From contig CAVSGM010000002.1 of the NCBI GenBank assembly GCA_963727485.1, positions 1,472,001 through 1,536,000 of the forward strand: DNA of 64,000 bases, read 5' to 3'. Under the pieces are notes generated by a model, which saw nothing but the letters and a program-made list of their open reading frames with translations, had not been told where the DNA came from and did not search any database. The translations under genes and the position numbers were made by a program. The stretch comes from an uncultured delta proteobacterium (lineage in GTDB: Bacteria; Myxococcota; Myxococcia; SLRQ01). Positions within the stretch are counted from its first letter, which is position 1. Every line of letters starts with the position of its first letter. This document shows, piece by piece, positions 18,817-28,407 of the stretch.

Positions 18817-20029
18817 GTTTCGTCGCGTCCTCCCGCTGGCTCCCGCGATCCTGGCCACCGGCGTCCTCGGCGGCGGGGTCGGGGCCGCCTTCGTGCTGGC
18901 GATGCGCCTGGGAATGCGACTGGTGGGGCCGACGCACCTCGCCTGGCCGGCGGAGGCGGCGATCCTGGTGGGGACGGGGCTCCTGGTCGCCGGCGGGACG
19001 CGGCTGCTGGGCCCGCCCGGGTCCGTGGAGCTTCTGGTCGACAACATCCACGTCCAAGGGGGGCCGGAGGGCCTGGCGCGGCTTCGCTCCCTGATCCCGC
19101 TCTCGCTGCTGTGCATCATGGCCGGGAGCCCCATCGGACCCGAGGCACCCCTGGTGCAGACATGCGGCACCCTCGGGGCCTGGGTGGGGCGGCGGCGGCG
19201 GCTCGGCGCCCGGGAGCTCCGGGTCCTCACCCTCACCGGCATGGCCGCGGCGTTCAGCGTGCTCTTCGGGTCCCCGGCGGGCGCGGCGGTCTTCGCCCTC
19301 GAGCTCCCGGACCAGGGCGGCCTTGGCTACGGGGAGGCTCTGCTCCCGGCGATGGTCGGCGCGCTGTGCGGCGAGGGAGTGTACGTGGCGCTCACGGGCC
19401 TGGGCCTGGCGCCGGTGTGGCGGCTGCCGGCGGCGGGACCCCGCAGCGCGATGGAGCTCCTCCTGGCCCTCGGCTGCGGGATCGTGGCCGCCGGCGGCGC
19501 CCTGGCCTTCGTGTCCCTCCACCGGCTCCTCGACGCCGGGCTCGGGCGGCTGCCATCGGCGGCGCGCCCGGCCCTGGCCGGCATGGCGGTAGCGGCCCTG
19601 GCTCTCCTGTCCCCGGCGGCGCTGACCTTCGGCGAGGGGCAGGTCGACGGGGTGACGGTGGGCAAGGTGGTCCTCTCGGCCCTGGCTTTGGCCGCCCTGG
19701 CCAAGCTCCTCGCCGCCGTCGTCGCCGTGGCGGGGCGGTGGCCCGGGGGCTTCATCATCCCCCTGTTGTTCATCGGCTTCGCCCTCGGCCGCCTCGCCCA
19801 CCAGGTGGCGCCGGGGGCCGACGCGGCGATGCTCATGGCGGCCCTCGCCGCCGCCCTCTGCGCCGCCGTCACCAAGACCCCCCTCGGCTCGACCCTGGTC
19901 GTCACCGGGATGACCGGCCTCGCCCTCCTGCCCACCACGCTCCTCGCGGCGGTGGTCGCGGTGCTCCTCTCCGCCCGGACGGTGATGATCCCCTCCCAGC
20001 GGCGGGTCCCGGCCTCGGAGGTCCCGTGA
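18815..20029 (+). CDS. Chloride channel (ClC) family protein
   Basis: Multi-TM protein, IGPEAPLVQ, GMAAAFSVLFGSP...FALE, GGFIIP. Confidence 0.85.
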   Translation: MFRRVLPLAPAILATGVLGGGVGAAFVLAMRLGMRLVGPTHLAWPAEAAILVGTGLLVAGGTRLLGPPGSVELLVDNIHVQGGPEGLARLRSLIPLSLLCIMAGSPIGPEAPLVQTCGTLGAWVGRRRRLGARELRVLTLTGMAAAFSVLFGSPAGAAVFALELPDQGGLGYGEALLPAMVGALCGEGVYVALTGLGLAPVWRLPAAGPRSAMELLLALGCGIVAAGGALAFVSLHRLLDAGLGRLPSAARPALAGMAVAALALLSPAALTFGEGQVDGVTVGKVVLSALALAALAKLLAAVVAVAGRWPGGFIIPLLFIGFALGRLAHQVAPGADAAMLMAALAAALCAAVTKTPLGSTLVVTGMTGLALLPTTLLAAVVAVLLSARTVMIPSQRRVPASEVP

Positions 20030-20457
20030 GCGCGGCCCCCGCCGACCGCCCCCTGGGGGACGCCGACTACCGGGCCCTCGCGGCGTTCCGCTACGCCCTC
20101 CGGCGGTTCCTGCGCTTCAGCGAGACCGCCGCCCGGGAGGCCGGCCTGACCCCGGCCCAGCACCAGCTCCTCCTCGCCGTCCGCGGGTTCCCCGGCGGCC
20201 GGGCGCCGACGGTCGCGGACTTGGCCGAGCGCCTCCAACTCCGCCACCACTCCGCGGGCGAGCGGGTGGCCCGGGCGGCGGAGGCAGGGCTCCTGCGCCT
20301 CGCCGTCGACCCCGACGACGCCCGGGTCCGGCGCCTCTCGCTCACCGGGCAGGGGAGCCGGGTGCTGGCCCGGCTGTCGCGGCTCCACCGGCGAGAGCTG
20401 GCCCGCTTCCGCCGGGAGCTCGCGCCCCTCCTCGGCGATCTGCCCCCGGCCGGGTGA
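20026..20457 (+). CDS. MarR family transcriptional regulator
   Basis: FRYALRRFLRFSE, LTPAQHQLLL, LAERLQLRHHS, DxR wing; GTGA overlap with the ClC stop. Confidence 0.88.
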   Translation: MSAAPADRPLGDADYRALAAFRYALRRFLRFSETAAREAGLTPAQHQLLLAVRGFPGGRAPTVADLAERLQLRHHSAGERVARAAEAGLLRLAVDPDDARVRRLSLTGQGSRVLARLSRLHRRELARFRRELAPLLGDLPPAG

Positions 20458-20484
20458 GCGCGCCGGAGGACCGGCCGGCCGGCG

Positions 20485-21844
20485 TCAGCGGGTGATCAGC
20501 CCGAAGGCCACGCCGACGATCGCGCCCACCACCACCAGTCCGATCACCAGGAGCAGGGGGAAGCGCCAGCCGGCGTCCTTCGTCGCGGTCGGCGCCGGGG
20601 TCGGTGTCCGCCTTGCCGGCGCGCGCGCCTCGGGCGTCGGCGGCGCCGGTGTCTGCACCACGGAGCTCTGTGCCTCGGGAGACGCGGCTGCGGGCGCCTT
20701 CGCCACCGGCGTCGACACCGCCGGCATGAAGTTCGTGGGCAGCTCGTGGAGATTGGCGCCGCCACCGGAAGCCGCGTCGCTCGGCACCTCGGCCTCCGCC
20801 TCGCCGCCATCGACCTCGTGTCCCGTCGCCACCGCGTAGGCCCGCAGGCTCTCCTCGGGCACCTCGTGGTCCCCCTCGGTCCCGGGCTTCGCCACGTCGG
20901 TGCGGGTCACCGGCAGGGCCGCGAGCCCGGCGAGGAAGTCGGCGAGGTGCCGCTCGGTCACCGCCTTGCGCCGGCTCGTCACCGAGGCGTCGAGGGCCTC
21001 GGCGAAGGCGGCGCAGTCGGGGTAGCGGTCGTCCCGGTCCTTGGACAGGGCCCGCATCAGCACCGCCTCGAGATTCGGCGGGCACGTCGGGGCGGTGCTC
21101 GGCCAGCGCCGGCGCCGGCTCGTCGGTGACCGCCAGCAGCGTCGCCTCGTCGCGTTCCTTGCGGAACGGGTTCTTGAAGGTCAGCAGCTCGTAGAGCAGG
21201 ATCCCCAGCGAGAACTGATCGGTGCGCGGATCGAGGGGCGTCCCCTTCACCTGCTCCGGGGACATGTAGGCGTACTTGCCCTTGATCACCCCGGCCTGGG
21301 TCCGGGTGTTGCGCCCGGCGGCCCGGGCGATGCCGAAGTCGACCACCTTCACCCCGCCGGCCTTCGTGAGCATCACGTTCTGGGGGCTCATGTCCCGGTG
21401 GATCACGTGGAGGGGCTCGCCGGACTCGGGATCGGCGAAGCCGTGGGCGTAGTGGAGGCCCCGGGCGGCGCCGGCGATGATCGCCGCGCAGATGTCCGGG
21501 GGCAGCCACTGGCCGCGGATGGAGGCGTCCCACATCAGGGCCCGGAGGTCGGGGCCGTCGAGGTGCTCCATCACCAGGTAGGGCACCGGCTCGCTCTCGA
21601 AGTCGAGGAGGCGGACGATGTTCGGGTGGTCGAAGTGGGCGGCGACCCGCGCCTCGTCCACGAACATGATGAGGAAGCCCGGGTCCGAGACGAAGACCGG
21701 CTTGATGCGCTTGACCGCGACCCGGCGCACCACCGGCGGCGCGGTCTTGGCGAGGAAGACCTCGGCCATGCCCCCCACGGCGATCCGGCGCTCGACCTGG
21801 TACTTCCCGAAGACCTCAGGGGCCCCGGCGATGCTGCCCTCCAT
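20485..21844 (-). CDS. Hanks-type Ser/Thr protein kinase with a C-terminal TM helix, +1 frameshift near 21074
   Basis: GGMAEVF, VAVK, HRDMSPQN, DFG, YMSPEQ; subdomain XI (RALSKDRDDRY) lies in another frame and is restored by one deletion at GATTC 21072-21076. Confidence 0.9.
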
Positions 21845-21894
21845 GGGCGCGCATCCTACATGGCCGAACCGCGGCGGCCAATGGCCCCAAGGGA

Positions 21895-23520
21895 TCAGCC
21901 CCCGGGGACGAGCCGGAGGGTCCCCTCGAGGGTGAGGGTCCCGGCGCCGGTGACGAGGCGGCGGACGGTGAGCCGCGCCGGGCCCCGCCCCGCCCGGTTG
22001 GAGGCGGTGAGGGTCAGGGGCCCCAGGTGCGCCAGGCGGTCGTCGAGCCCCTCGAGGAGCGCCGGGTAGCAGGGCTGGCGGCCGATGCCGCCGGCGATGG
22101 GCCACCCGCAGCTCGCCCGCACCGCGGTGGGCGCCAGGCCCACCTCCAGGGTCCCGTCGTCGACGGTGACCGTCACCTTCCCCTCGAGGGTCGCCGCCAG
22201 CCTCCGGGGCCGGGGGCCGGCGAGGTCCACCCGAAGCTCCCCCAGGGCCACCGAGATCCCCGCGGGCGAGAGCCGGGCCACCGGGGGCAGGGCCAGGGCC
22301 AGGCGCGCCACCTTCAGGTCGAGGCCCGCGGCGAGGCGCCGGTTGAGGTGGGCGAGGCGATCGGCGTCCCCGGCCCAGGCGGTGAGGGCCCCCGAGCGCC
22401 AGGCGGCGTCGAGGATCGCCGAGACCAGGTCCTCGGAGAGGGTGAGCCGCACCCCCCGAAGGCGCGGCAGCGGCCCCGCCGCCGGGACCTGGATCCCCCG
22501 GCGCACCGGCCCCGGGGTCGCCGGGTGCGCCAGCGCCGTCACCCCCCGGGCGGTCACCGAGGGCCGGGCGCCGTAGCGCAGGACCAGGGCCCGCCCGGGG
22601 ACCACCCGGGGATCGCCGCAGCGGGTCAGGGCCACCGTGAGCCGGGCCCCCAGGAGGCCCACCGAGAGGCGCTTCGGGAGGGCGGCGGCGAGGCGCCGGT
22701 TGACCTCCGGGAGCCAGGTCTGCGCGGCGGCGGCCACCAGCTTCCCGGTCTCCCGGCGCCCGGCGGCGCGGGCGGCTCGGAGGGCCCCCTCGAGGCCCTC
22801 CTGGGGCGCTGCGAACAGGTGCCCGAGGGCCGCGAGGACCCCGCCGCCCTTGAGGCTCGCCAGGACCCCCAGGCTCCCGGTGGCCACCGCCTTCACCGGC
22901 CCCCGGCGGCTCACCTGGAGCAGCCCCGGCCCGGCGGTGGACACCGCCAGGGGCAGGCGGGCGGTGAGGGTGGCGCCGCCGGCGAACCGGGCGGAGATCG
23001 AGGCGTCGAGGCCGCCGGTGACCAGGTGCAGGCCCACGGTCACCTGCCGCGCCGGGGGCAGGCCCTTCGCCGACGCCAGCCGGGTCTTCACCAGCGCCCC
23101 GAGGGTCGCCGCCAGGGTGTCCACCGTCCCCTGGGCCAGGCTCACCCGCACCGCGCAGGGCACCGTCCCCCCGGGCCGCCCGAAGGGCCCGGCGAGCCAG
23201 GTGAAGGCCACCTGCCGGGGGTGGCGCCCGAGGTAGCGCTGCCCTGCGGTGACCGTGTGGAGGCCCGGGCCGAGGCGGGCGGGATCCACCGTGAGCCGGC
23301 CCCCGGGCGCCGCCTGGACCGCGCCGTCCACCGCCAGGGTCACCTGCCCCGGCCCCCGGCGGCGCACCGAGAGGGTCACCGGCCCCTGGAGCGACGGCGG
23401 CGCCGGCCGGGCGTCGACCACCAGCCCCGCCCGGCGCGAGGCCACCATCCACGCCGCCAGCCCCGCCCCCGCCCCCGCCAGGACCGCGAGCGAGAGGACC
23501 ACGGCGAGGATCCGTCTCAC
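21895..23520 (-). CDS. Large membrane-anchored exported protein, possibly TULIP/BPI-like
   Basis: GTG start overlapping the stop of the ABC gene, N-terminal TM helix, beta-rich body with VRLTLSEDLVSAILDAAWRSGAL; fold call is tentative. Confidence 0.55.
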   Translation of the reverse strand: MRRILAVVLSLAVLAGAGAGLAAWMVASRRAGLVVDARPAPPSLQGPVTLSVRRRGPGQVTLAVDGAVQAAPGGRLTVDPARLGPGLHTVTAGQRYLGRHPRQVAFTWLAGPFGRPGGTVPCAVRVSLAQGTVDTLAATLGALVKTRLASAKGLPPARQVTVGLHLVTGGLDASISARFAGGATLTARLPLAVSTAGPGLLQVSRRGPVKAVATGSLGVLASLKGGGVLAALGHLFAAPQEGLEGALRAARAAGRRETGKLVAAAAQTWLPEVNRRLAAALPKRLSVGLLGARLTVALTRCGDPRVVPGRALVLRYGARPSVTARGVTALAHPATPGPVRRGIQVPAAGPLPRLRGVRLTLSEDLVSAILDAAWRSGALTAWAGDADRLAHLNRRLAAGLDLKVARLALALPPVARLSPAGISVALGELRVDLAGPRPRRLAATLEGKVTVTVDDGTLEVGLAPTAVRASCGWPIAGGIGRQPCYPALLEGLDDRLAHLGPLTLTASNRAGRGPARLTVRRLVTGAGTLTLEGTLRLVPGG

Positions 23521-25085
23521 CCCGCGCCCCGGGTGGCGAAGAGGATGAGCGCCGAGCCGAGCTCGAGGGCCACCACCCACAGGGTGCAGGCGATCACGCT
23601 GCCGGTCATCGCCCGGGTGACGTCGTCGGCCCGGCGCTTGAGGTCGGTGCCCCGGTGGACCACGTCGGCGGCGATCCCCGGGCCGTAGAGGAGGATGAGC
23701 CACAGGGCGCGGTTGCGCAGGGTCGCCCGCTCGGGGACCGGGTCGAGGAGGTCGCCGGCGAGGCGGGCGAGGACCGGGAGGAGGTGCCCCCCGGCCTGGA
23801 GGACGTGGACCACCGCGCCCCCGAGGAGCATCCCCGCGGCGATGACCAGCGCCGTGAGCCAGAAGGCCAGCGAGAGGGCGACCAGCCCCGGGAGCCAGAG
23901 GTAGGTCTCGGTGCGGATCCCCAGGGCCTTGAGCGCGGTGGTCTGGCGCCCGAGGGCGAGGCTCCCGAGCCAGGCGTTCACCGCCGAGCCGCTGGTGGCC
24001 ACGAAGAGCAGCGCCGACAGCGGCGGGGCCAGGGCGAGGACGTAGCTGCCGCCGACCATGTCCAGCAGGCGCGTCGCCGAGAAGCCCGCCGGGGCGGCGC
24101 GGACCAGGATGTAGAGGACGGTGAACCCGAGGAGCACCGAGACCACCGCGTAGAACGGCGCCGGGCGCAGGAGGCCCTGGCGCAGGACCCGGCGGGCGAC
24201 CCGGGTGAGCTCGGGGAGCTGGCGGCGGCGCACCCGGAAGGCCTCGGCCAGCGCCCGGCCCGGGACCTCCAGGGGCGCCAGGGTCCGGGCCCAGATCTCC
24301 GCGAGCCGGGGCCCCGCGCCCGGGCCCCGGGGCGCCTCCGGGGCGAGGGCCGCGTGGGGCCGGGCCAAGGCCTCCCGGAGGCGGGTCTCGAGGCCCACCC
24401 GGTCGCCGGGGTCGAGGGGCAGGGGCAAGAGGCGCCCGGTCCCCGGGTCGAGGCGCAGGCACCGGCTCGCCGCCTCGGCGGCCAGGAGCGTGTCGTGGGT
24501 GACCACCACGATGCCCACCCCCGCGCCCTTCGCCTCCTCCCGGAGCAGGCGCCCGAGGGCCGCCGAGGCCTCGGGGTCGAGGCCCGCCGAGGGCTCGTCG
24601 AGGAAGAGGAGCCGGCGCCCGGCGGCCAGCGCCCGGGCGACGGCGAGGCGCTGGGTCTGGCCCCCGGAGAGGCGGTCGGTGGACGTCCCCGGGCCCACGA
24701 CCGCCTCGGGGAGGCCCACCCGTTCGAGCCAGGTCGCCGCCGTCTCGCCGCCGCCGTCCGCCCGGAAGCGCAGGGCGAGGCGCACGTTCCCGGCGACGTC
24801 GAGGTGGTCGAGGGGGGCGCCGTGCTGGGGCACCAGCGCCGCCGGGGCCAGCTCCAGGCGCGTCGACGACACCTGGAAGCCCTCCCGGCGCAGGGTCGCC
24901 GGCTCGAAGAGCACCCGCCCCAGGGTCGACTTGCCGCTGCCGCTCCCCCCGAGGACCGCCACCACCTCGCCCGGGGCCACGGTGAGGTCGAGGTCGCGCA
25001 GGAGCGGCCGCCCCCCGGGGAGGGTGACCGAGAGCCCCTCGAGGCGGAGCAGGGCCGCCGGGGCGGGGTCGGGATCGGTCGCCAT
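23517..25085 (-). CDS. ABC ATPase fused to an MlaE-type permease
   Basis: GGSGSGKST, LSGGQ, FLDEP, VTHD; C-terminal half GSAVNAWLG...ALKALGI...YLWLP and DVTRAMTGSVI resembles MlaE. Confidence 0.82.
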   Translation of the reverse strand: MATDPDPAPAALLRLEGLSVTLPGGRPLLRDLDLTVAPGEVVAVLGGSGSGKSTLGRVLFEPATLRREGFQVSSTRLELAPAALVPQHGAPLDHLDVAGNVRLALRFRADGGGETAATWLERVGLPEAVVGPGTSTDRLSGGQTQRLAVARALAAGRRLLFLDEPSAGLDPEASAALGRLLREEAKGAGVGIVVVTHDTLLAAEAASRCLRLDPGTGRLLPLPLDPGDRVGLETRLREALARPHAALAPEAPRGPGAGPRLAEIWARTLAPLEVPGRALAEAFRVRRRQLPELTRVARRVLRQGLLRPAPFYAVVSVLLGFTVLYILVRAAPAGFSATRLLDMVGGSYVLALAPPLSALLFVATSGSAVNAWLGSLALGRQTTALKALGIRTETYLWLPGLVALSLAFWLTALVIAAGMLLGGAVVHVLQAGGHLLPVLARLAGDLLDPVPERATLRNRALWLILLYGPGIAADVVHRGTDLKRRADDVTRAMTGSVIACTLWVVALELGSALILFATRGAG

Positions 25086-25133
25086 GGCACGGCCATCCTA
25101 GCCACCGGCCGGGCCCTCGGATAGGAGTCGGGC

Positions 25134-26075
25134 ATGGCCGATCTGCCGCCCGCCGTGCCGCCGCCCGAGGCGCCGCCGTCGATGGGGCCGCCGCCGGAGA
25201 CACCGGAGACGCCGGCGCCGGCGGGCCCGAGGTGGCACCCGGCGGCGCGGGTGGCGCTCTACCTGGTCGCCTTCGTGATCCTCCAGGTGGTCGCCATCAT
25301 CCCGGTGGTCGTCGCCGCGCGCCTCCTGGGCCCGCACACCGCCGCCGCGCGGCAGGCGGTCGTGGTCCTGGGCTTCGTCCCCCTGGCCCCGCTCCTGCTC
25401 CTGGCCACCTGGGGCTTCGTCCGGGTCCTCGACCGGCGCCGCCTCGCCGACGTCGGGGTCCGCTGGCCGGTCCACGGGGTCGTCCGCGCGTCGCTCCGGG
25501 GCCTGGGCCTCGGCGCCGGCCTCGCCGCCCTCTGGGCGGGCATGGTCGCCCTCCCCGGCTACCTGGTGTTCCACGGCCACAGCGCCGCCTACGCCGCCGA
25601 CCCCGCCCGGGGCACCGCGATCCTCGTGGGCCTCGCCGTCCTCTTCGGGATCCAGGGGGCCACCGAGGAGCTCGCCTTCCGGGGCTACGTGTTCCACACC
25701 CTCCTGCCGCGGGTGTCCCCGAGCACGGCGGCCCTGGTCTCCAGCGTCCTCTTCGCCGCCGCCCACCTGCCCAACCCCGGCTACGGCCTCGCCGCCTTCG
25801 TGAACACCTTCCTCATCGGGATGGTGCTGGTGAGCCTGGTGCGCCGGAGCCGGAGCCTGCTCTCGGCCTCGCTCCTCCACGGGGCCTGGAACTTCACCAT
25901 CGCCTGCCTCCTCTCGGTGCCGGTGAGCGGCTTCAAGCTCTTCCACCTGCTCCGGGTCACCGTCCCCGGCCCGGTGGGCGCCACCGGCGGCGGCTACGGC
26001 CCCGAGGCGAGCTGGATGCTCACGGTGCCCCTCGCCCTGGTGGCGCTGTGGGCGATCCCCCGGGAGGGCCCCTGA
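25134..26075 (+). CDS. CPBP family intramembrane glutamic endopeptidase
   Basis: EExxFRG, FAAAH, HGAWN. Confidence 0.9.
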   Translation: MADLPPAVPPPEAPPSMGPPPETPETPAPAGPRWHPAARVALYLVAFVILQVVAIIPVVVAARLLGPHTAAARQAVVVLGFVPLAPLLLLATWGFVRVLDRRRLADVGVRWPVHGVVRASLRGLGLGAGLAALWAGMVALPGYLVFHGHSAAYAADPARGTAILVGLAVLFGIQGATEELAFRGYVFHTLLPRVSPSTAALVSSVLFAAAHLPNPGYGLAAFVNTFLIGMVLVSLVRRSRSLLSASLLHGAWNFTIACLLSVPVSGFKLFHLLRVTVPGPVGATGGGYGPEASWMLTVPLALVALWAIPREGP

Positions 26076-26077
26076 CC

Positions 26078-27089
26078 GTGCGCCTGCCCCTGCTCCCTGC
26101 CTGGCGCCAGGTCCTCCACCCGGCGGGCTACCACGGCCACCGGGTGAAGCCGCCCTTCTTCGAGGGCTGGTACTTCAAGCTGGTGGACGCCGCCGGCGTC
26201 GAGCGCCTCGCCCTCATCCCCGGGGTCTCGATCCCCGAGGGCGCCGGCGACGCCCACGCCTTCCTCCAGGTCCTCGACGGCGCCCGGCACACCGCGGCCT
26301 ATCTGCGCTACCCCCTCGACGCCTTCTCCGGGGACCGGGACCGGGTGGACCTGCGCCTCGGCGCGAGCCGGTTCACCGCCGAGGGGATCACCCTCGCCGT
26401 CGCCCGGCCCGAGCTGCGCCTCGAGGGCGAGGTGCGCTTCCGGGACCCGGTGCCCTGGCCGGTGCGCCCCTGGGCGCCGGGGATCATGGGCTGGTACGCC
26501 TGGGTCCCGGCGATGGAGTGCTACCACGGGGTCCCGAGCCTCGATCACCGCCTCGAGGGGCGCCTCACCCTCGACGGCCGGGCGCTCGGCCTCGACGGCG
26601 GCCGGGGCTACCTGGAGAAGGACTGGGGCCGGACCTTCCCGGCGGCCTGGGTGTGGCTCCAGACCAACCGCTTCGAGGGGGCCGAGGGGGTGAGCCTGAC
26701 CGCCTCCATCGCCCGGATCCCCTGGCTGGGTGCCAGCTTCCCCGGGTTCATCGTGGGCCTCCTGGTCGACGGGCGGCTCCATCGCTTCGCCACCTACACC
26801 GGGGCGCGCACCGAGGTCCTGGAGGTCGGCGGCACCGACCGGGTGCGCTGGGTGATGCGCGGCGACGGGCTGCGCCTGACCCTCGAGGCCGAGCAGGGTC
26901 CGCCCCTGACCATCGTCGGCCCGAGCCCGACGGGGATGGTGCGCCAGGTGGGCGAGTCGCTCTCGGGGACGGTGCGGGTCACCCTGGCCGACGCCCGGAC
27001 CGGGGCGGTGCGCTTCGAGGGCACCGGCACCGCCGCGGGGATGGAGATCCACGGCGACGTCGAGGGCCCTGGCCCCGAAGACGAGATGA
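26078..27089 (+). CDS. Tocopherol cyclase family protein; probable +1 error near 27064
   Basis: FFEGWYFK, GIMGW, ECYH, GYLEKDWGRTFP; deleting one G in GTCGAGGG gives a stop at 27087-27089, otherwise the frame runs through the antisense peptide gene. Confidence 0.78.
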
Positions 27090-27118
27090 CCGGCCCGGGT
27101 CGCCCCGGACCGGTCATC
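27085..27118. terminator. GC-rich hairpin between convergent genes
   Basis: GATGACCGG...CCGGTCATC inverted repeat; no U-tract. Confidence 0.4.
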
Positions 27119-27145
27119 CCTGCACCAGACACTGCTCGAGTGGGA

Positions 27146-27436
27146 TCAGCCGCAGCTCTTGGCGCCACCGCCGCAGCTCTTGGCCCCGCCGCTGCAGCTC
27201 GCGGTGGCGCCCTTGTCGCCCTTCTTGGCCTTGGCGTCGGCCTTGGCGTCCTTCTTCTTCATGTCCTTCTTGGCCTTGGCGCCGCAGCCGTTGGGGCCAC
27301 CGCAGGCCTTCTTGGAGGACTTCGCCTTGGTGTCGTGCCCGTCCCCGGCGTAGGCCGCCTGGGAGCCGAGGGTGAGGCCCCCCAGGCTGATGGCGAGAGC
27401 GAGGGTGCCGACCGACAGCTTCCGATTGAACTTCAT
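27146..27436 (-). CDS. Secreted Lys/Ala-rich peptide with Cys motifs (MNIO-RiPP precursor-like)
   Basis: AGGAG RBS, signal peptide ending AYA, ACGGPNGCG and a SCSGGAKSCGGGAKSCG tail encoded by a 21-nt tandem repeat. Confidence 0.72.
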   Translation of the reverse strand: MKFNRKLSVGTLALAISLGGLTLGSQAAYAGDGHDTKAKSSKKACGGPNGCGAKAKKDMKKKDAKADAKAKKGDKGATASCSGGAKSCGGGAKSCG

Positions 27437-27714
27437 GTGCGCTCCTGTGCGACTGGGTTGTGCGTCCAGGGGTGCCGTCCCCCCGGTGGGAAAGGGTATC
27501 GGAGAATCACTCTCCAATCACACCCCCCTCTTCGCCCGAAGCCGGCGTGTGGTCACGCCCCCGATCCGGGGAGGGGATCGTCCCTGCCCCTCCGGGGCGC
27601 GGATCCCTCCGATCGGCGGGGGGTTGGGCCCGGTCGGGGGGGCCGGCGGGGGGTTGCACCCGCGGCCCGGCGTCGTAAGGTGACCGCGGCCGGGGGGCCA
27701 GACCGGAGCGCACG

Positions 27715-28407
27715 ATGATCGACGTCTACACCTGGCCCACGCCCAACGGACACAAGGTCCACATCGCCCTCGAGGAGCTCGAGCTGCCCTACGAGGTGCA
27801 CCCGGTCAACATCGGCCGGGGCGAGCAGTTCGAGGCGGCGTTCCTGGAGAAGAGCCCCAACAACAAGATCCCGGCCCTCGTCGACCGGGACGGGCCCGGG
27901 GGCGCGCCGATGTCCCTCTTCGAGTCCGGGGCCATCCTCATCTACCTCGCCGAGAAGACCGGGCGCCTGCTCCCCGCGGACCCCCGGGGCCGCTACGAGA
28001 CCCTGGCGTGGCTGATGTTCCAGATGGGCAGCGTCGGGCCCATGCTCGGCCAGGCCCACCACTTCCGCCAGTACGCCCCCGAGACCATCGACTACGCGGT
28101 GGACCGCTACACGAACGAGGCGTCGCGGATCTACCGGGTCATCGATCACCGCCTCGACGGCCGCGAGTGGCTCGCCGGCGACGCCTACTCCATCGCCGAC
28201 ATCGCCGTGTTCCCCTGGCTGCGACCCTACAAGCGCCAGGGGCAGGACCTCGCCGACTACCCGAACCTCGCCGGGTGGATGGACCGGATCGCCGGGCGCC
28301 CGGCGGTGGAGCGGGGGCTTGCGGTCCTTTCGGACCAGGCGCACCGGAAGATGGACGAGAAGGCCAAGGAGACCCTCTTCGGCAAGGGGCAATGGGCCAA
28401 GCGGTAG
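27715..28407 (+). CDS. Glutathione S-transferase (YfcG/YghU-like)
   Basis: TPNGHK, PNNKIP, FESGAIL, GPMLGQAHHF, YSIADIA. Confidence 0.93.
   Translation: MIDVYTWPTPNGHKVHIALEELELPYEVHPVNIGRGEQFEAAFLEKSPNNKIPALVDRDGPGGAPMSLFESGAILIYLAEKTGRLLPADPRGRYETLAWLMFQMGSVGPMLGQAHHFRQYAPETIDYAVDRYTNEASRIYRVIDHRLDGREWLAGDAYSIADIAVFPWLRPYKRQGQDLADYPNLAGWMDRIAGRPAVERGLAVLSDQAHRKMDEKAKETLFGKGQWAKR

Noticed and set aside
27437..27714. Intergenic inverted repeats upstream of the Cys-rich peptide as a riboswitch or ncRNA
   Set aside because: GC-rich pairing is easy by chance and I recognise no conserved aptamer motif; an Rfam/Infernal search would be needed
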